A stretch of DNA of 64,000 nt. Origin: Amoebophrya sp. A120. Its lineage: Eukaryota > Protista > Dinoflagellata. The notes under the pieces were generated by a model. The model searched no databases. It was not told where the DNA came from and worked only from the letters and a program-made list of their open reading frames with translations. The DNA is taken from positions 4,240,233 through 4,304,232 of the forward strand of contig CAJINV010000001.1 of the NCBI GenBank assembly GCA_905178155.1, written 5' to 3'. Positions 23,559 through 36,992 of this stretch are shown here, in pieces (positions within the stretch are counted from its first letter, which is position 1; every line of letters starts with the position of its first letter). The translations under genes were made by a program, and so were the position numbers.

Positions 23559-24107
23559 TTAAAAGAACCACGATGCTCTTCGTTTTCCCTTTCGCTCGAG
23601 ATTATTGTGTGTCCCCCGCGTCACCACGGCCGAGCTTCGTTGCGTGACCCCTAGATGCTGATAGTCATAGTGCGCATAGGGATTCGATGACCCTTCTGCA
23701 GAGGTTGGTGTGTTCTGGGACGAGGACCCAAAAAAGTCGTTCATTTGGTACGTGCTTACTGGCGGAATGTCCCGGGCCGCCGGAACGTACCCCGTTTCCG
23801 GACCCTGGTAGTCTAGATGCGAGGGGTCCACCGCTGAAATTGTGTTGCCCCGCACGATGTGCACTTTGTTGGCGAAAAACTCGAAACCGCCGGGGAGGCC
23901 GAGAGTGAAGTGCTCCTGCTTGTGCAGTGGCGGTGGCTGGTTGAAAAAGCCCCCGGGAACGCCGATCGGAAATTTAGGCGGGTCCAGGTAGTGCGGCCGG
24001 ATCGGCTGGTGGTGGTGGTGGACTGTCAGTTGGGGCTGTTGCAGACCCTTCTTTTGTTGGTCGTCGTCACGAGGACTCATTTGCACCCGACGGGGTCCAC
24101 CCTGCAT
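23559..24107 (-). CDS. Hypothetical protein (182 aa)
   Basis: ATG-started ORF with coding-like codon use, on the same strand as all neighbours. No recognisable domain. Confidence 0.65.
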   Translation of the reverse strand: MQGGPRRVQMSPRDDDQQKKGLQQPQLTVHHHHQPIRPHYLDPPKFPIGVPGGFFNQPPPLHKQEHFTLGLPGGFEFFANKVHIVRGNTISAVDPSHLDYQGPETGYVPAARDIPPVSTYQMNDFFGSSSQNTPTSAEGSSNPYAHYDYQHLGVTQRSSAVVTRGTHNNLERKGKRRASWFF

Positions 24108-25331
24108 GTTTTCGATGATACCAACCTGGTTGCTGCAAAAATTTCAAAGTGCGGAGTACTCGATGGTTACGGTTTTTTGTGAGGGTGTGTTTTTGGGGTT
24201 GTGGGGGTTATCAAGAGGAGGGGGCTGCTGTTGATTTCAACGAAGTTGAGAAATCGATTAGAATAGCGAGAGAGCACACCGAAATCTGATCAGCTTGGGT
24301 TTGACCGATGGGATTATACAGCTTCACATTCATACAGCAAAGGCCATGTGCAATTTACACTGCGTCCATATTCCAATCCGCCAACCGACGTTGCCATTGC
24401 GTGAGAGAGCGTACCTCGACCGAGCTTTACGACGACACTGAACGAAACGACGTTGTTGTAATTGAATAGCGTTCACAGAAGCCGTACTACCATCAAAGCT
24501 GGACCGAGAAGATGAAACGTTTTTGCTCAGAGACAGCGTGACAAGCCTTTTCAACTACTTAATAGTACACTGCGGCTCATGCAACACAAAATCTTCACGC
24601 TCGACCGTGCGTTTGCGGTCATTTTCCAGCATGCGGGTGGTCGACCAGACCGATTGGCAACGATGTAGTGGAACACGAAGTAGCTGCATTCGTCCAGCTG
24701 CCAAGTAATGCTCTGGGCAGCTACTTGAGCAGTCTGGCAAACAGGCAAAATACTAACTTGTTGAGATTGAGTTCATATTACATATAAGTGACGAACAAAA
24801 CTGCGCCTTCATTTTAACTTTTGTTTCTTTCTGTGGCAAAACCTCAAGAAAAAATTTTACTCCATAAGAGGCGGCGTCCGCCTTGATTTCAAAAAGTTTT
24901 CGTTCCTATGTGAGTCTCTTGGAAAAGGAGAAACAAAAAGCCACATAAAGACTTCTTTCCAATTTCGTTTTCGACTCTTGAGACCACTCGTGCACCATTT
25001 CTGTGCGTTGGCATCTACAGGTCGTGAAACGGGCTCAATCGGTAGCATAGCCGTTGACCTTGATGAGCTTCTGCAAGGCTTGAAGCAGCTTTTCATTCAA
25101 GAAGTTGGCTTTGCTTTACTCCCTTTCGTCCTCCGAAAAGGCGAAAGTCAACAAATCTAGGAGGGGCGCCGGGGGCCGAGCAGCGCTAACAAGTCGCACC
25201 CGGACAACATCTGTTCTTAGTTCATAGATTGCTTTCGCTTGCCTCACACCGCTCCTCTTGATCTAGATCTTGTCCCGGCCACCACCCCTTGCTCAATTTC
25301 TTCAAATATTTATTTCCTCTGCCTCACAAGC

Positions 25332-25926
25332 CTAAACGTGCTGGAGCAGCTTCTTGCCCCAACACTCACGTCGGATGTCCTCGAGCGAGAAACGTCTAGT
25401 ACTCGTCTCCTTTCTAGCTGCATCGGGGGAGCCTGAGCTTTGACCCGCCGATGCCTCTTCTGGGTCATCATGATGATCTCTACTTCTATGTTGAAGAGCG
25501 CCACCACTTCCTCCACCTTCAAACTTCTTCAGACAGGTGTCAATGACCAGCACCCTTGATTCGATGCTTCTCCGGCTCTTAGCCGCGTTCTGGTCGTTCG
25601 GGGAATCCAGTAGATCCACAGCGGTGTGGTAGGATATCCTGTGCAAAAGTATCGCACTCGTTCTCGTATAATTGCAATCATGCATTACAAGTTTTTTTCT
25701 TGAGGTAAATCAGCAGTTTCTCATGCTGAGGAAATTTGTAATGCATTTATACGAGTACGATGCTTTTGCAATCCATATAGGAAACGTTGGTGTTAAACCA
25801 CAGGACTTCCCCAAAGTACATCTTGGGACGGACGTACCACTTGTTTTTACCTTCAACTGCGTCCTCGGTCCACGCGTCGTAATCTGGGTACACCATCGAG
25901 TGCGATTTCGATTGCCCAGCCCCCAT
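25332..25926 (-). CDS. Small hypothetical protein, probable N-myristoylation (MGAGQSKS); 2 exons
   Basis: ORFs 25747-25974 and 25332-25685 join in frame (NTNVSY|HTAVDLL) on removal of introner 25635-25777 plus one TSD copy. An alternative start exists at 25974. Confidence 0.7.
25635..25777. mobile_element. Introner family B, 143 bp
   Basis: tatcctgtgcaaaagtatcgcactcgt ... acgagtacgatgcttttgcaatccata. Perfect TSD tagga. Confidence 0.92.
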
Positions 25927-26140
25927 CGTGAATGGATCCAGCACGGCCAACGGTTTCTGGATCGCCCGGGGCATCGTCGGGTCGGCACCTGTTTTTTAGT
26001 TTAGATTGTCAGCACCGTTTTCGAGTGTACTTCTACAGTGCGTAGGTGGTACTGGAATCAACATGAAAGCTTCTAGCAGTATACAGTCATTTATGTCTTC
26101 TGTACATATATAAAACTGAATTTTTCTGTACATACGATAT

Positions 26141-28892
26141 TCACTTAGTACCTTCTTCTGCCGGTGTTAGGTTCACCCAGACATTGTATGCGTCGTGCAC
26201 TCGCAACCGCCCGAAGAAGCACGCCCATTGTTCCATTTGTTCTACAGACATGAACTGTAAGACGTGTTCCAGGATCGTTTCCTCGCTCATCAATGGCAAT
26301 GCCTCTGCCAACACCTCGTGCGATTTAGTCAACACGGTTTGCGCCGCGTTCTTTTCTTCCTCCTCCATCCGTGCTGCGTAATACTGATAGGCCTCCCACC
26401 GAGCAGGATCCGCCTCCCGCAGGTGCGCAGGAAACTCCTCCAGCGTTGCCCGGAAACGGGCCGCGGCCCCTTCCCTTTCCACTTGCTCCTGTTTTTCTTT
26501 CGCAAATCGCGGAAAAAAACGCTCCTTGAGATATTTCCGCAACTTTTCAAGCACGTCCGCGACCTCCTGTTTGGGGCTATCTTCAACATTGTTGCCGTTC
26601 TCGTCCACACGAGGAGCATTTTTACCGGAAAAACCCGGAATGGCTTCCATTTCGATTTTGTGCAATTTATGCAGGAAGACGGCAACCAGAGCCCAGTTTA
26701 GAAGTCCGGTCTTCGCCGCGCCGGCGGAACGGTAATAATCCGCGAGGAATGCATTGTCGGGGGCGGTCGTGGCATAGAACGCCTCGGCGAAAAAGTCGAA
26801 ATCGTCTTTTTGAAGTCCGCAATATGCATTGCAAAAGCATAGTACTAGTAGAAATCGCATTACAAATTCGGCCAGCATGACTTTATGCTGTTTTGCCTTG
26901 AAAAAAAGGTTTGTAATGCTAATGCATGGTTGCAATTACTACGAGTACGATACTTTTGCACAGGATACGCAAATTTCGACGCCAATTTTCTGACCAATCT
27001 TCGGCTCCGAAAACAGCTTGCCCCACTCCTCCTGCTTTAGCGCACCAGCGACCGATCTATTCAAGAAAAAAACACCATCACAATCACTTTTGCACATTTT
27101 TGCCATACAAAAATTTTTGTCATGCGCAAAAATGCATCACAGTCAAGATTTATTGCCGATTTCCCTTTGGGTTTTTGCAATACAAGAAAAATTTGTCACG
27201 CGAGAGAAATTTCTGATGCAAAACCTCCTAAGTGTGATTGTGATGGTGTTTTTTTCTTGGATACGATCCCAGCGCGTGGTAGTGCCCCAACACGGAGAAA
27301 CCCGTGCCGTAGCTCAGGTTGGGAAAAAAGAAACGATCGCTGTCATCATCTCGGCTCAAAGACGACACCGTTTGATAGCGAGACTGGAAGGTACCGGTAG
27401 CGGTGTTTTCCAGCGTGACGTCCGCATGAACGGTGGACAGTGCGCCCAACACATTTTTGAATGGACCGCGTTCTTCTTGTTCCGCTTGCTTCGCGCCACG
27501 GTCCGTCGCGGCCGCATCCCCAAGAGCCACTTGCCGCCCAAACGTATTGGAGAGTACAAGCGCTCGATCGTAAGAAAGTACATGAGCATGTGCACTTTCT
27601 AAATGCTCCAGTCCAGCACGGTTCTGTGGATCAACTCCGTCCGACGCGGAATATGTTTTTAAGGCGCCCGACTTCATCTTGAAGAAACTACTACGCTGAC
27701 TTTTACCGTCCTCGGCAGGAAGATTCATTTTCAATTTCGCGTCCTCCTCGTCTGAAACTAGCTCCTGTATGCTTTTTCGCCTTTTTACCTCTCCGACAGC
27801 CGTCGCCCCTTCGCCGACACTGTCCCACAACGACGGGGGGCACTTCGTGTAGAACTCTAGCGTCGAAAACGCGGCGTCGTCCGTCGTGCAAGCGTCCAGG
27901 CCCGCGCCTGCCCACCCGAGAGAGTGAGACTGAGGCTCGCTGCTCGTGCCTGTTCCAGCTTCATCTGTGGACATCCGTTTTATCTCTTTGCTGCTGGAAA
28001 ACCGTCGGTTGTCAGTCTCCGTCTTATCCAGCACCTCGTTCCAAACTCGGGCGGCCGGGCTGGTTTCCGCAAGCCACGACACATCATTCATCTTCAACAC
28101 AGGCTGCGACTGATCACGTAGTTCTACTTGTTCCGGGGGTAACCGAGTGAGGCCACTTTCAACCACCATCTTTCTCACCCAATTCCCCCACTCCTCACTT
28201 TGCGCAAGTCGCGACAAGTCATCCGCATCATCCTCTACAACCACGCCGGGGATGTTCAGGGATCCTGTTCCTGACCCGTTCATTTTTCCGGCGGAAAGGG
28301 GGACACTAAGTGCGGGGAGAAGAAATGCGAAACCCTTCGTCTCGTAGTGTTTGCGCGCCTCCCGCCGCTGTTCTTCGTGCGTCGTGTCGTACACAGAGTT
28401 CGGAACCGTCATTTTCGTCCGGACAGTCGCGTGCTCGCCGACTGAACCTTTGGTCAGAACAAGCTCCACATTGACACTATTCTCCTGCTCGTCCACGAAT
28501 GCAGTGTCAGAGTTGGAGATGCCAGTGGTCTTCTGCGCTTGGCTCGCAGTTTTGACGTCTGTCGTGTTGTATAATTCTACTTTCATCTTGTCATCTCCGC
28601 TGTGGTGAGACACACGAGCAACACCGCTTGGTCCGTCACTGTCACCTGAGCGACCGCGTCCTTCACCTTCGCCTTCCCGCAGTCTTTTCCGCTGGAGCTC
28701 TTCGAGGTGCGCACGCCGGGCTGCGTCCTGGAGGAAGTTCACTTGTTCCCGCCTAATAGCAGCAGCCGCTTCCTCGTCCTGCTCGACGCCCCTTGTCGTC
28801 GACAGAGGACCACCTCCACCCGCAGCCGACACTGCTGGTGCCAGAAACAGCACCAGGTGGTGGGCTGCGAGAAGGTAAGGAACGAGCCGCAT
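26141..28892 (-). CDS. Secreted hypothetical protein (~800 aa); 3 exons separated by two introners
   Basis: Signal peptide MRLVPYLLAAHHLVLFLAPAVSA. Frame is continuous as HALGS|VAGALKQEEW...VEIC|GLQKDDF after removing 27058-27263 and 26823-26967, each with one TSD copy. Confidence 0.8.
26823..26967. mobile_element. Introner family B, 145 bp, inverted relative to 25635 and 59263
   Basis: tatgcattgcaaaagcatagtactagta ... tacgagtacgatacttttgcacaggata. Perfect TSD cgcaa. Confidence 0.92.
27058..27263. mobile_element. Introner family D, 206 bp
   Basis: 30-bp TIR tat(t/c)caagaaaaaaacaccatcacaatcac with one mismatch. Perfect TSD cgatc. Confidence 0.95.
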
Positions 28893-30421
28893 GCTGGAAG
28901 ATACCTTGCTTGTTGTTGATCTGGAGGTATGTTTCTAGTAGTTCGTAAAGTGATTTCCGGTGATGTGGATGCTGGTGGTCTGCTAGTTAACTTATCTTCA
29001 ATAACTTATGCTGGATTATACGAAAAACGTATAAGGTATGAAGCTACCTACAGTTTCAAATGTAGTCCGACAAATAAATGTAAACAAGTTTTGCTAGTTG
29101 AACCTGCACAGCAGGTGCTGACTGAAAGAATGATGAATGCCGATGCGAGTGATGTCCGAGTGTACGTCCTCCAAGCTAGCTGCTGTAATTTAGAAATCTA
29201 TTTTTGACCGCTGCGCCCATTCTTTGGTGCGATGTTGCGCACGTCGGACTTTGTGTATCGGACCCAGAGAAAATGTGATCTTCGTGTATCGCCTCCAGAG
29301 ATCGAAATATGATCTTTTTGTTCCGTTCTCAGACAAAAAGGTGATCCGGATGTGCTCCTCGCTTAAGCTTATCGGTCCAAGAGCGAGAGGAACAGACCCT
29401 GTTATGGTGATAGATCCGATGGATTGTAACTGCGGCAATTACAGTTAAGAGCTGTGACGGATCAGGACTTTTGCGAAAAGAGTACGACAGCATCATTGAC
29501 TCACGCTCACCTCAACCGAGCAATACGATGAAAAACGATTATGCCTATATTTAGCACGAAGCGCGTACAGTTTCCAAACAGCCTTTGCAACAACGACAGC
29601 AGCGTTCGCAGAAGCAACAATGTACCCAAACTGGACCGAGATGAAGATGAACCGTCACAAACGCGACATAAAAATCTTTTCTTTCATAACAGTCACGAAG
29701 TCGAGAACGAAACGCACGCCCGAGAGCGCGAGGCAATCGCAATCCATCCTGATCCTGGTTGATTGATAGCGGCATACCAACTTGTTTCCTGTGTAGTCGC
29801 ACAGTTTTGCCTTACCTCACAGTTGCCTTGACCTTGTAATTTCGAAACAGGAGCTCAAGTTTGGGCATTGACTTAAGCCAAAGTGACCGTTTAAAGTCTG
29901 GAGACAGATACCAACGCCAACGGAAAGGGAAAGGGGATACTTTCTACATAAATATCGGAAGCCTTCGAGTTCAAAGCTCAGCGGAGAGTTCATGACATCG
30001 GTGTGCTGAAGCCTGAAAATAGCTATTGCTTCGTGATCTTCTCGAATACGCTTTGCACGTCGGGGAGAAGAGATAGAAACGGGGGCACAAGTTCTGAAAT
30101 CTTCGCGGATCTTATCTCTATTTGGTTTCCGGAAGGTGTAAAGCGAGCATACCATATCTCTATCTATTATCAGTCGCAGTCCAGGAAGATATGGAATAGA
30201 TTTAAATAGGAGTTCAAATGCCCCAAAGTTTCACTACGCTTCTAAGAGGTGCGAAAGTGGTTTTTTCAGGAGAAGCGACGTAGTCTTAGTATACAAAATT
30301 CAGCTCCGTTTTGGATTTTTTTGAGCTCATCATCAATTCCAGTTCTACCTTTGGAATAATCAAGATAGTGCGATGACAGCACACACAAGAGTTGGAATCG
30401 AGTCGACTGCTGCGTATCCTA

Positions 30422-30481
30422 GTGCTAGTCGATGAAGAAACGTGCTAGTCGAAGAAGAAAGTGCTAGTCGAAGAAGAAACG
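30422..30481. repeat. Tandem repeat, ~20 bp x3
   Basis: gtgctagtcga(t/a)gaagaaa(c) repeated three times. Confidence 0.9.
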
Positions 30482-30861
30482 AGGAATCTCCACTTTGACG
30501 CTTCTCACGTTTGTCGGCACCGTGTGGCCATGGAAGATAAGTTTAGATGATCTAAGTTCAAGATCAATAACGAAGCAGAGCTTCAGCTCGTCTCAGTTCC
30601 TCGAAAAGCTCGTTTATTTGTCTTACAGTGCCGTCACTAATTCGGCGACAACGGCGTTGCATTACTAGTACAACATCTTCTTCTAACAATCTAAACATCT
30701 GTAGCACTTCTAATTCAACATTGCTACTTAAATATACTCTTCAGGTGGTGAAGCAGAAGTTCTGCGTGTAATTCCAGTTGCAGGCCACCCCAAATCGAAC
30801 ATGCAAAAATGCGGTGAGGTATTGGTATGGAACCTCATTACTACAACTTATTTCTTTGCAC

Positions 30862-33800
30862 TCAGACCCCTTCCTGATCCACGTCCATTGGATCGTCGAG
30901 CTCTCCCTCGCTTTCCTCCGAATTCTCCTCGTCATCGTCGTCCCCTTGGTTCTCCAGCACGCGGTCGTGCAACTCGTGCTCAATCGTGTCCATGGTATAG
31001 AAGCGGTAGATGTGGCAGGTCCGTTTCTGGCCGTACCGGCGAATGCGGCCGATGGCCTGCTTCTCGAACGCGCGACTCTGCTTCGCCGTATCTGCCACCA
31101 TCGGGTGGACAAGGAGTAAATGCGATGCCTGTGAGATTTGCGAACAATTTTTTTTGTGTACTTGAAGTAAGGAGTCTTGCACTCTCTCTGTGCAGGTTGG
31201 ACGCTGCACCCACTAGCACTAAACGAAAACTTGACACAAAAGTCCGAATCAGACGAACACTCTCTACGTACCCGATGCAAATTGGTTCCGCTCGCCGCCT
31301 TCTGCAGGTTCATCACCAGGATCTCTGGCGACTCTGACTCTTCGAACGGCTCGTCGTTCTGGAAAGCGGTCTGCACGTTGGCGTTCCCTGCGTTCAGGTT
31401 GCGGAATTTAAAACTGTACGCCTTGAACGCCGCCGCGAGCTTCTTGGACAGATCGGGCCACTGGCAGTACACGATGGCCTTGGCGTCCGTTTCTCGTTGC
31501 TTGATGTCGCGGATGGATTGCAAAAGTGGCCGGGTCTGGAAGATGCAGGTTTAGTTCCATATACCCATGAGGTCTGGTATGTAGGACATAGCATGACAGA
31601 TTCTGCGAAAGCTTTCCAATGCCTATCCAGCATGAGAAACTGCCTCTCGATTCGGTCAAAAGTGCACAACTTTTGGCAATCATGCAACACACTTTTTTGC
31701 CTGATTCAGATTTAGCATGACAAGTTGCCTTCTTCCAAACCCAGACACTTTTGCATCTGATATCGCGGAGTGTGTTACAAATCTGCTTGATCTTCGACCC
31801 GAACTCGGTGAAGGACGCCGGAACAATCATATTTGGAACCGGTACCTGATAATGGGTTTATGGTAGCTGGTCATCATAGTTAGAATCTTCATACCACAAC
31901 TGGAAATTGTCGGACACAATGAAAGAAGCGATTGCAAACACACGCACGAGACGACTCAATACTAGAATCAGCATCACAAATCATCATCATCATCATGATC
32001 ATTAAACATGAAGACAAAGAAGTCATCTTAGCCTTACTACATAGGAAGAGAGGAGGTTTGGCTGCAGGCCCGCGAGCGCTGGTTTCGGATCGGCGAAGTA
32101 AACATGGGGCGGTTCCCACTTGGGCACATTGCGGCCGCACTCGTCGCACTTACGCACTTTCGTGGTGGCGCAGTTCTTGCAAATGACGTGACCGCACTGC
32201 ATGACCCCCAATCCCTGGTCCACAGTCGCTTCTTCACAGTGTACGCAGGCTGGGCAATCCTCTTCATACCCAAAAACTGCCTTCGCGGTGGACAAAAACG
32301 CGTGTGCCCTGGCCTTGTCCTGCACGGCGGAAAGAGCAGCAAGGACCTCCTCCTGCAGTGTGTCCCGGTAGTACCGTTCGAGTTTGAGCTTTAAGTTGGC
32401 TCGCTGACCCGCGGTCTCCTTTCTGTCCGCTGTAACGCTGCTTGTCGTCACGACCTTTTTTTGCGGAGACGGGACGCGATCCAAACCCAAACTGGTCGAC
32501 GTATTGATTGCCTTTGACGGCGCTGCCCCGGAACTCGAACTGGATGCCGTAGAGGTATTTTTAGCACCAGTCTCCTCGATCTTCACCCAATCGAAGAACG
32601 GCTCGCTTGATGTCACCTTCCCTGTGACCACGCGATCGGGATTGGCGAATTGTTCCCGAAAGATGCTTCCAACGCGAAATCCATCGGAGGTGTCCAAAAT
32701 TTTCGTTTCGTTTTCCTTGCTCTTGGGTTCTTCTTTCTTCAACGGGTCCTCCTGCGCCAGCTCGTCGCTTTCGTACCTCGCTAGTGCCTTTGCGGGATCG
32801 ATGCTCTCGCGAAAGAGGAGGTACTGTTTCCTCGCATCCGTGTCGCGCCACGAGGAATCGCTGTCATCATCCGACTCCGACTGCTCTTCATCCTCCGCGC
32901 GCTGAAAATCCGGAAATGCGTCGCCCAGCAAAGTATTTCTCTGCTTGCTCGTATCCGGATTGAACCCAACCTGTTTCGGGCAGCTCCGCTGGATAAATTT
33001 TCGCAATTCCTCGCCCGCGGCACTGGACTCGTCGCAGCCAATCAACTGCTTCATCTTCTCGCGGATTTTCGGCAGCAGAAACAAAGTGACAGAGTTTTCG
33101 ACGCTGGTTGTTACCTCGTCAACCGCATTTTTAGCACTTTTCTTGCCGACGTTCTCCGGTTTCGCTTTTCCGTTCGCCGCGCGGCCCCGCTTCGCTGCAG
33201 CTTCCACGTGTTTACCTGTGGCTTTCGCTGATCGCTTCAGTGATGATGAAGAAGAGCCAGAGGCGACCTCGACTGCAACATCGACCTTGAGCGGTAATTC
33301 TGTTTCGTCGACAGTTTGGGTCATCACCGAGCGAAGCTTCGACTCAGAGAGGTTGTAGAACGGGGCCTTCATGATCTTCACTTTTGATGCATCGTCAGAG
33401 GGCTTCGTATCTTTGTGCGACTCATCGCCGCCTGCGGCCGCAATCGCAGCACCGCTTGAGCTCGAGGATCCACCAGTCTGGACCGCTGCGGTTACTTTCG
33501 AGGACGTGCTATTTGTCTTGCCCTTTGACTTCTTCGACGTGGTCGTCGTCGCGACTATTGCTGTACAACTGGCAATATCTTCGAAGGCCGCCTGCACACC
33601 TCTGCTAGCTGCCATTCCGCTGAAGTACTGCGTTTTTTTCTGCCCCTTGTTCCCGTAATACGCGATTGCCCGGCGGCACAAGTCGACTCGGCGCAAAAAC
33701 GTCTTGGCGTTTTCGATTGCAGCCTTCAGTTCCTTTTTGGACGTTTTCCACTTCTTCACCATCTCGCTTGCAACCGTCCCGTCGCCGTCCGGGCAGTGGT

Positions 33801-36800
33801 GCGAGCAAAGCTTCACCAAGTCCTGTACTTTGAGTAAATCGCTATGCTGCAGCGAGCGCGAAAAGTCGATCCCTTCCGCCTTGTACTTTTTCAGAGTCTC
33901 CGAATACAGCAGCTGTTCAGCATCGGTTGGCTGCACTTGGACCGAGTGATATTCCTGTATGTAGTATCACATTGCGGTTGCGGAAGATCGTCATGATACG
34001 ACAGGAGAATGGATGTACTAATGCTCTAGAAACACAACTCTTCCATGTAGGTTTCTTTTTGTAGTTTCAGTGCGGCGCACCTCTACAAGTACAACATCGA
34101 ACAACATCCATACTGAATCAAGTCCCAATCTGGTGTCGACTTCAGAACGACACTACGCACTTTATTCAAATCTACGTACGAAAAAAGTAGTACGAAAGCA
34201 AAGCACTTACCATTTTGATGGCCTTGACTGCAGCGCTGGTCTTATTCTGCCGCATCAGCTTCTTCACAAACTCTCGCCCATTCGCCAACAACACGGAACT
34301 CACGCAAGGCGGCCGGAAGGGCGCGTTGCGATTTCGCGGAAGACCGACGTCGTCGTTTGGGTTCTGCGGCTTCTTCTTGCCTGGCTTGATTTCAATGGGC
34401 CCCTCGGGAGCACACCACTCGCCGGAGACACCTGAGGAGGGCGAAGCAGGCTGTCAACGAATGTGACCGCTTTCGCTTGTGACTACAAGCGAGCAGCGAA
34501 AACAGCGCAGGCGAGCTGCGTCGCGGTCGTCGTAGTTCCAAAAAACACACATACCAAAAGCAAGACAGTAAAACTTAGCACCTCCCGCCATCACGTCCAC
34601 GCTGAACAGTCCCGCCAGAGTTTTCACACTTTGAAAACTTTCCACGTACGGCGTCCCGGTCAGTCCCCATTTGAAGTGGGCCCGTAATGCCATGAGAGTA
34701 GCGGTCCTGCCTTTGAAGGTCTCGGCCTCGTGTATCTCGTCGTAGATAATTCTCTGGAAGAAGCACTGTCAATGTTGTGTTGCATTTGTGTCTACTCGAT
34801 TGTCCATCGAAACAGGAACAGTTAGTTTTCATTTTGTGTATCAATACCACATCAAAAAAACACGAAGTCGCAGCAAGTTGCGGCTCTCTGGAAGGCGTAA
34901 TGCAAAAAGCATGACGCTTCTACCTGTTCCAGGAGCGGAAAGACGACGTCCATGGAAGTGTGTTTCTTGTTTCTCAGCGCCGTGGCGTGGCAGTTCTCTT
35001 TTATTTCCTTTGCCGTCAGTGCGGTCGACTCCTTGAAAATGGTGCTGTTCGTGTATCGCTGCCTCGTGGCCTGGTCCGCGGTGTCCCACTCCTCGATGAA
35101 AGTCTTTGTGACACGCTTCAACGCTTGGTGCGAGTATGCTTTCTGCGCGCCTATCTTGTCCGCGTGCTCGTCTTTGTCGTCCAGCTGCAACCAGTCGCCG
35201 GCGCGCTTCCCGAACTTCTCGGAGTACAAGAGCTGGTAGGTGCACACGATCAGGTCGAATTCTTTCAGCTCTGCGGGGCTCATCCCAGAGAGGTGTCCGG
35301 CGTGTTTTATCAGGTAGGTTCTCAGCTTGTACTGGGAGGCAAACTTTTGCACTTCGTCCGCCCACTGGTTGATCAAACGACTGGGGACGAGGATCAATGT
35401 CGTTTTTGGCAAATTGAAGTAGTACGGCACGTCTTTGTCCGGAATAGTTGGAAGCGCCTTCTTGTTGGCATCAAAGTAATCTTTCTGCGCAGCCATCAAC
35501 CCGATGGTAGTAACTGTTTTTCCTTCTCCCGGTCGGTCTGCAAGAATGCCGCCATGCACCTGTACGTAGAAGTTGTATGTTTGAAGTCGTGTGTAAGTAG
35601 GTCAGTTTTAGAGTTTTTGCGCTGCGTTTCGTGCAAGCACACGCACATCACCAAAAAAGAAAAATGCATCTGTACCGCAAAGTTGTAGCTAGCCTCGAGC
35701 TCTAACCCCCACGGAGCTTTTTGGATTGTATTGCCGATGGGATTTGTCGATATATTCAGAAAAAACCCCGAGTCGTCTTCGGACGACAGTTGCTTTTGTT
35801 CTACGAATTTCTTCTGCTTTACCGTGACCGTTTCTGGCACTCTTTCGCGTTTGAGCATCCAGGAAATCGCCTGCAGTTGTTCCTTCCGCAACTGGAGTTC
35901 TTTGCTTTTTGTCCACTTTTTGGGCTTCGGTGCTTCCTCGTCCCTCTTATTGCTTGGAATCTTAAAGCCGGTGTCTAGTGCTCTTTCCTCCGCTTCCCCG
36001 TCCCCTTCGTCCTCCACCGAATTGTTGCTGGGCGGCTCAAAGTACTGGGTTTTCAAAAACTGATTCGAGAACTCCTTCCTGTTGCTGTAGTACGTACCAG
36101 CTTCCTTGGGAATTTCCGCAAGAAGAGAGACGGTTTTGTCGACATACGTCTGGAAGTTTCCGAAAACTTGCTCCTGAAGTTCCGCAAAAACCGTGTTGAC
36201 ACTGCTTTTCTTCAGGTAGACTTCTTCACTGCGGTATTCGGCATCTTGTTTTATCACCACCTGCATTTCGAGTGTTCCTTCGGGTGTACTGATCTCGTTA
36301 TGAAATGCTTTCGCCGTTTTCCAGGACTTCTTCTCACTTTGCCCTTCCGCGAAGCAGAACTGTGGTAGAAGCGGTTCCTTTTTCTGTGCCTTCTCGGTGA
36401 TGTGCGAGAAATAAGAAGACGACGATGCAACTTTAGTCCGGTAGCACAGCTTCGGCGAAGGCGGAGAGTCGTCCGAGCTGGAGTCACTGGTGCTTGTCTC
36501 CTCATCTTGCCCGCTGACTTTATCGAGATTCGGGCGACCGTGCTGCAGGTAACATCGAAACCGTTCCAGTTTGGTCTTTATTGAAGCAGGGACGTCTGTG
36601 AAGTCGGCATCTGCGAGCTCCCGCAAATACGGCCGGATGCTGCTTGTGGTCTTCAGGACATACTCCTCGTTCTTTGCGTTTTTCCGGAGATGTTTGTATT
36701 TCAAATAAAAGATTCGCGTACCGTACTCCTTGGAAACCTCCCCAGTATTTTCAACGGGTTCTTCTTCATCCTCAGCGCAGTCTTCAGGTTTTTTCTTCGA

Positions 36801-36992
36801 TTTCTTGGGTTGTGTCTTGCTGTTCTTGCGGTCTGCGTCTTCTTCTACTGGTTCGAATTCTCCGTCATAGAAACGCTGCACTACTGCTCCCCTGATACTG
36901 CATCGAATCTCCTTTGGAAGTCGGCCGTCCTCGCGCTTCTCGCGCTCTTTCACGAAGAGGCCCGGATTCGCTAGAAATTGCGAGATACTCAT
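30862..36992 (-). CDS. SNF2-family helicase with RING finger (Rad5/Rad16/SHPRH-like); 8 or more exons, 5' end uncertain (possible extra exon to ~37337)
   Basis: Motifs GGILADRPGEGKT, LILVPSRLINQW, RIIYDEIH, KWGLTGTP, RING (CVHC...CGHVICKNC...CDEC), GSKI, AASGTNL and EKQAIGRIRRYGQ. GT-AG introns at 35560-35675, 34766-34923, 34432-34581, 33955-34210, 31846-~32040 and 31129-31271, plus introner 31512-31762. Confidence 0.88.
31512..31762. mobile_element. Introner family C, 251 bp
   Basis: gatggattgcaaaagtggccgggtctggaag ... cttccaaacccagacacttttgcatctgata. TSD tcgcg. Interior is highly similar to 38655-38916. Confidence 0.92.

Noticed and set aside
26141-26935. ORF-track starts and stops inside introners (also 48025-49209, 50654, 61655, 27228, 20773-22131)
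   Set aside because: These ORF ends lie within the TIR elements. The fragments are exons of larger genes, not separate genes.
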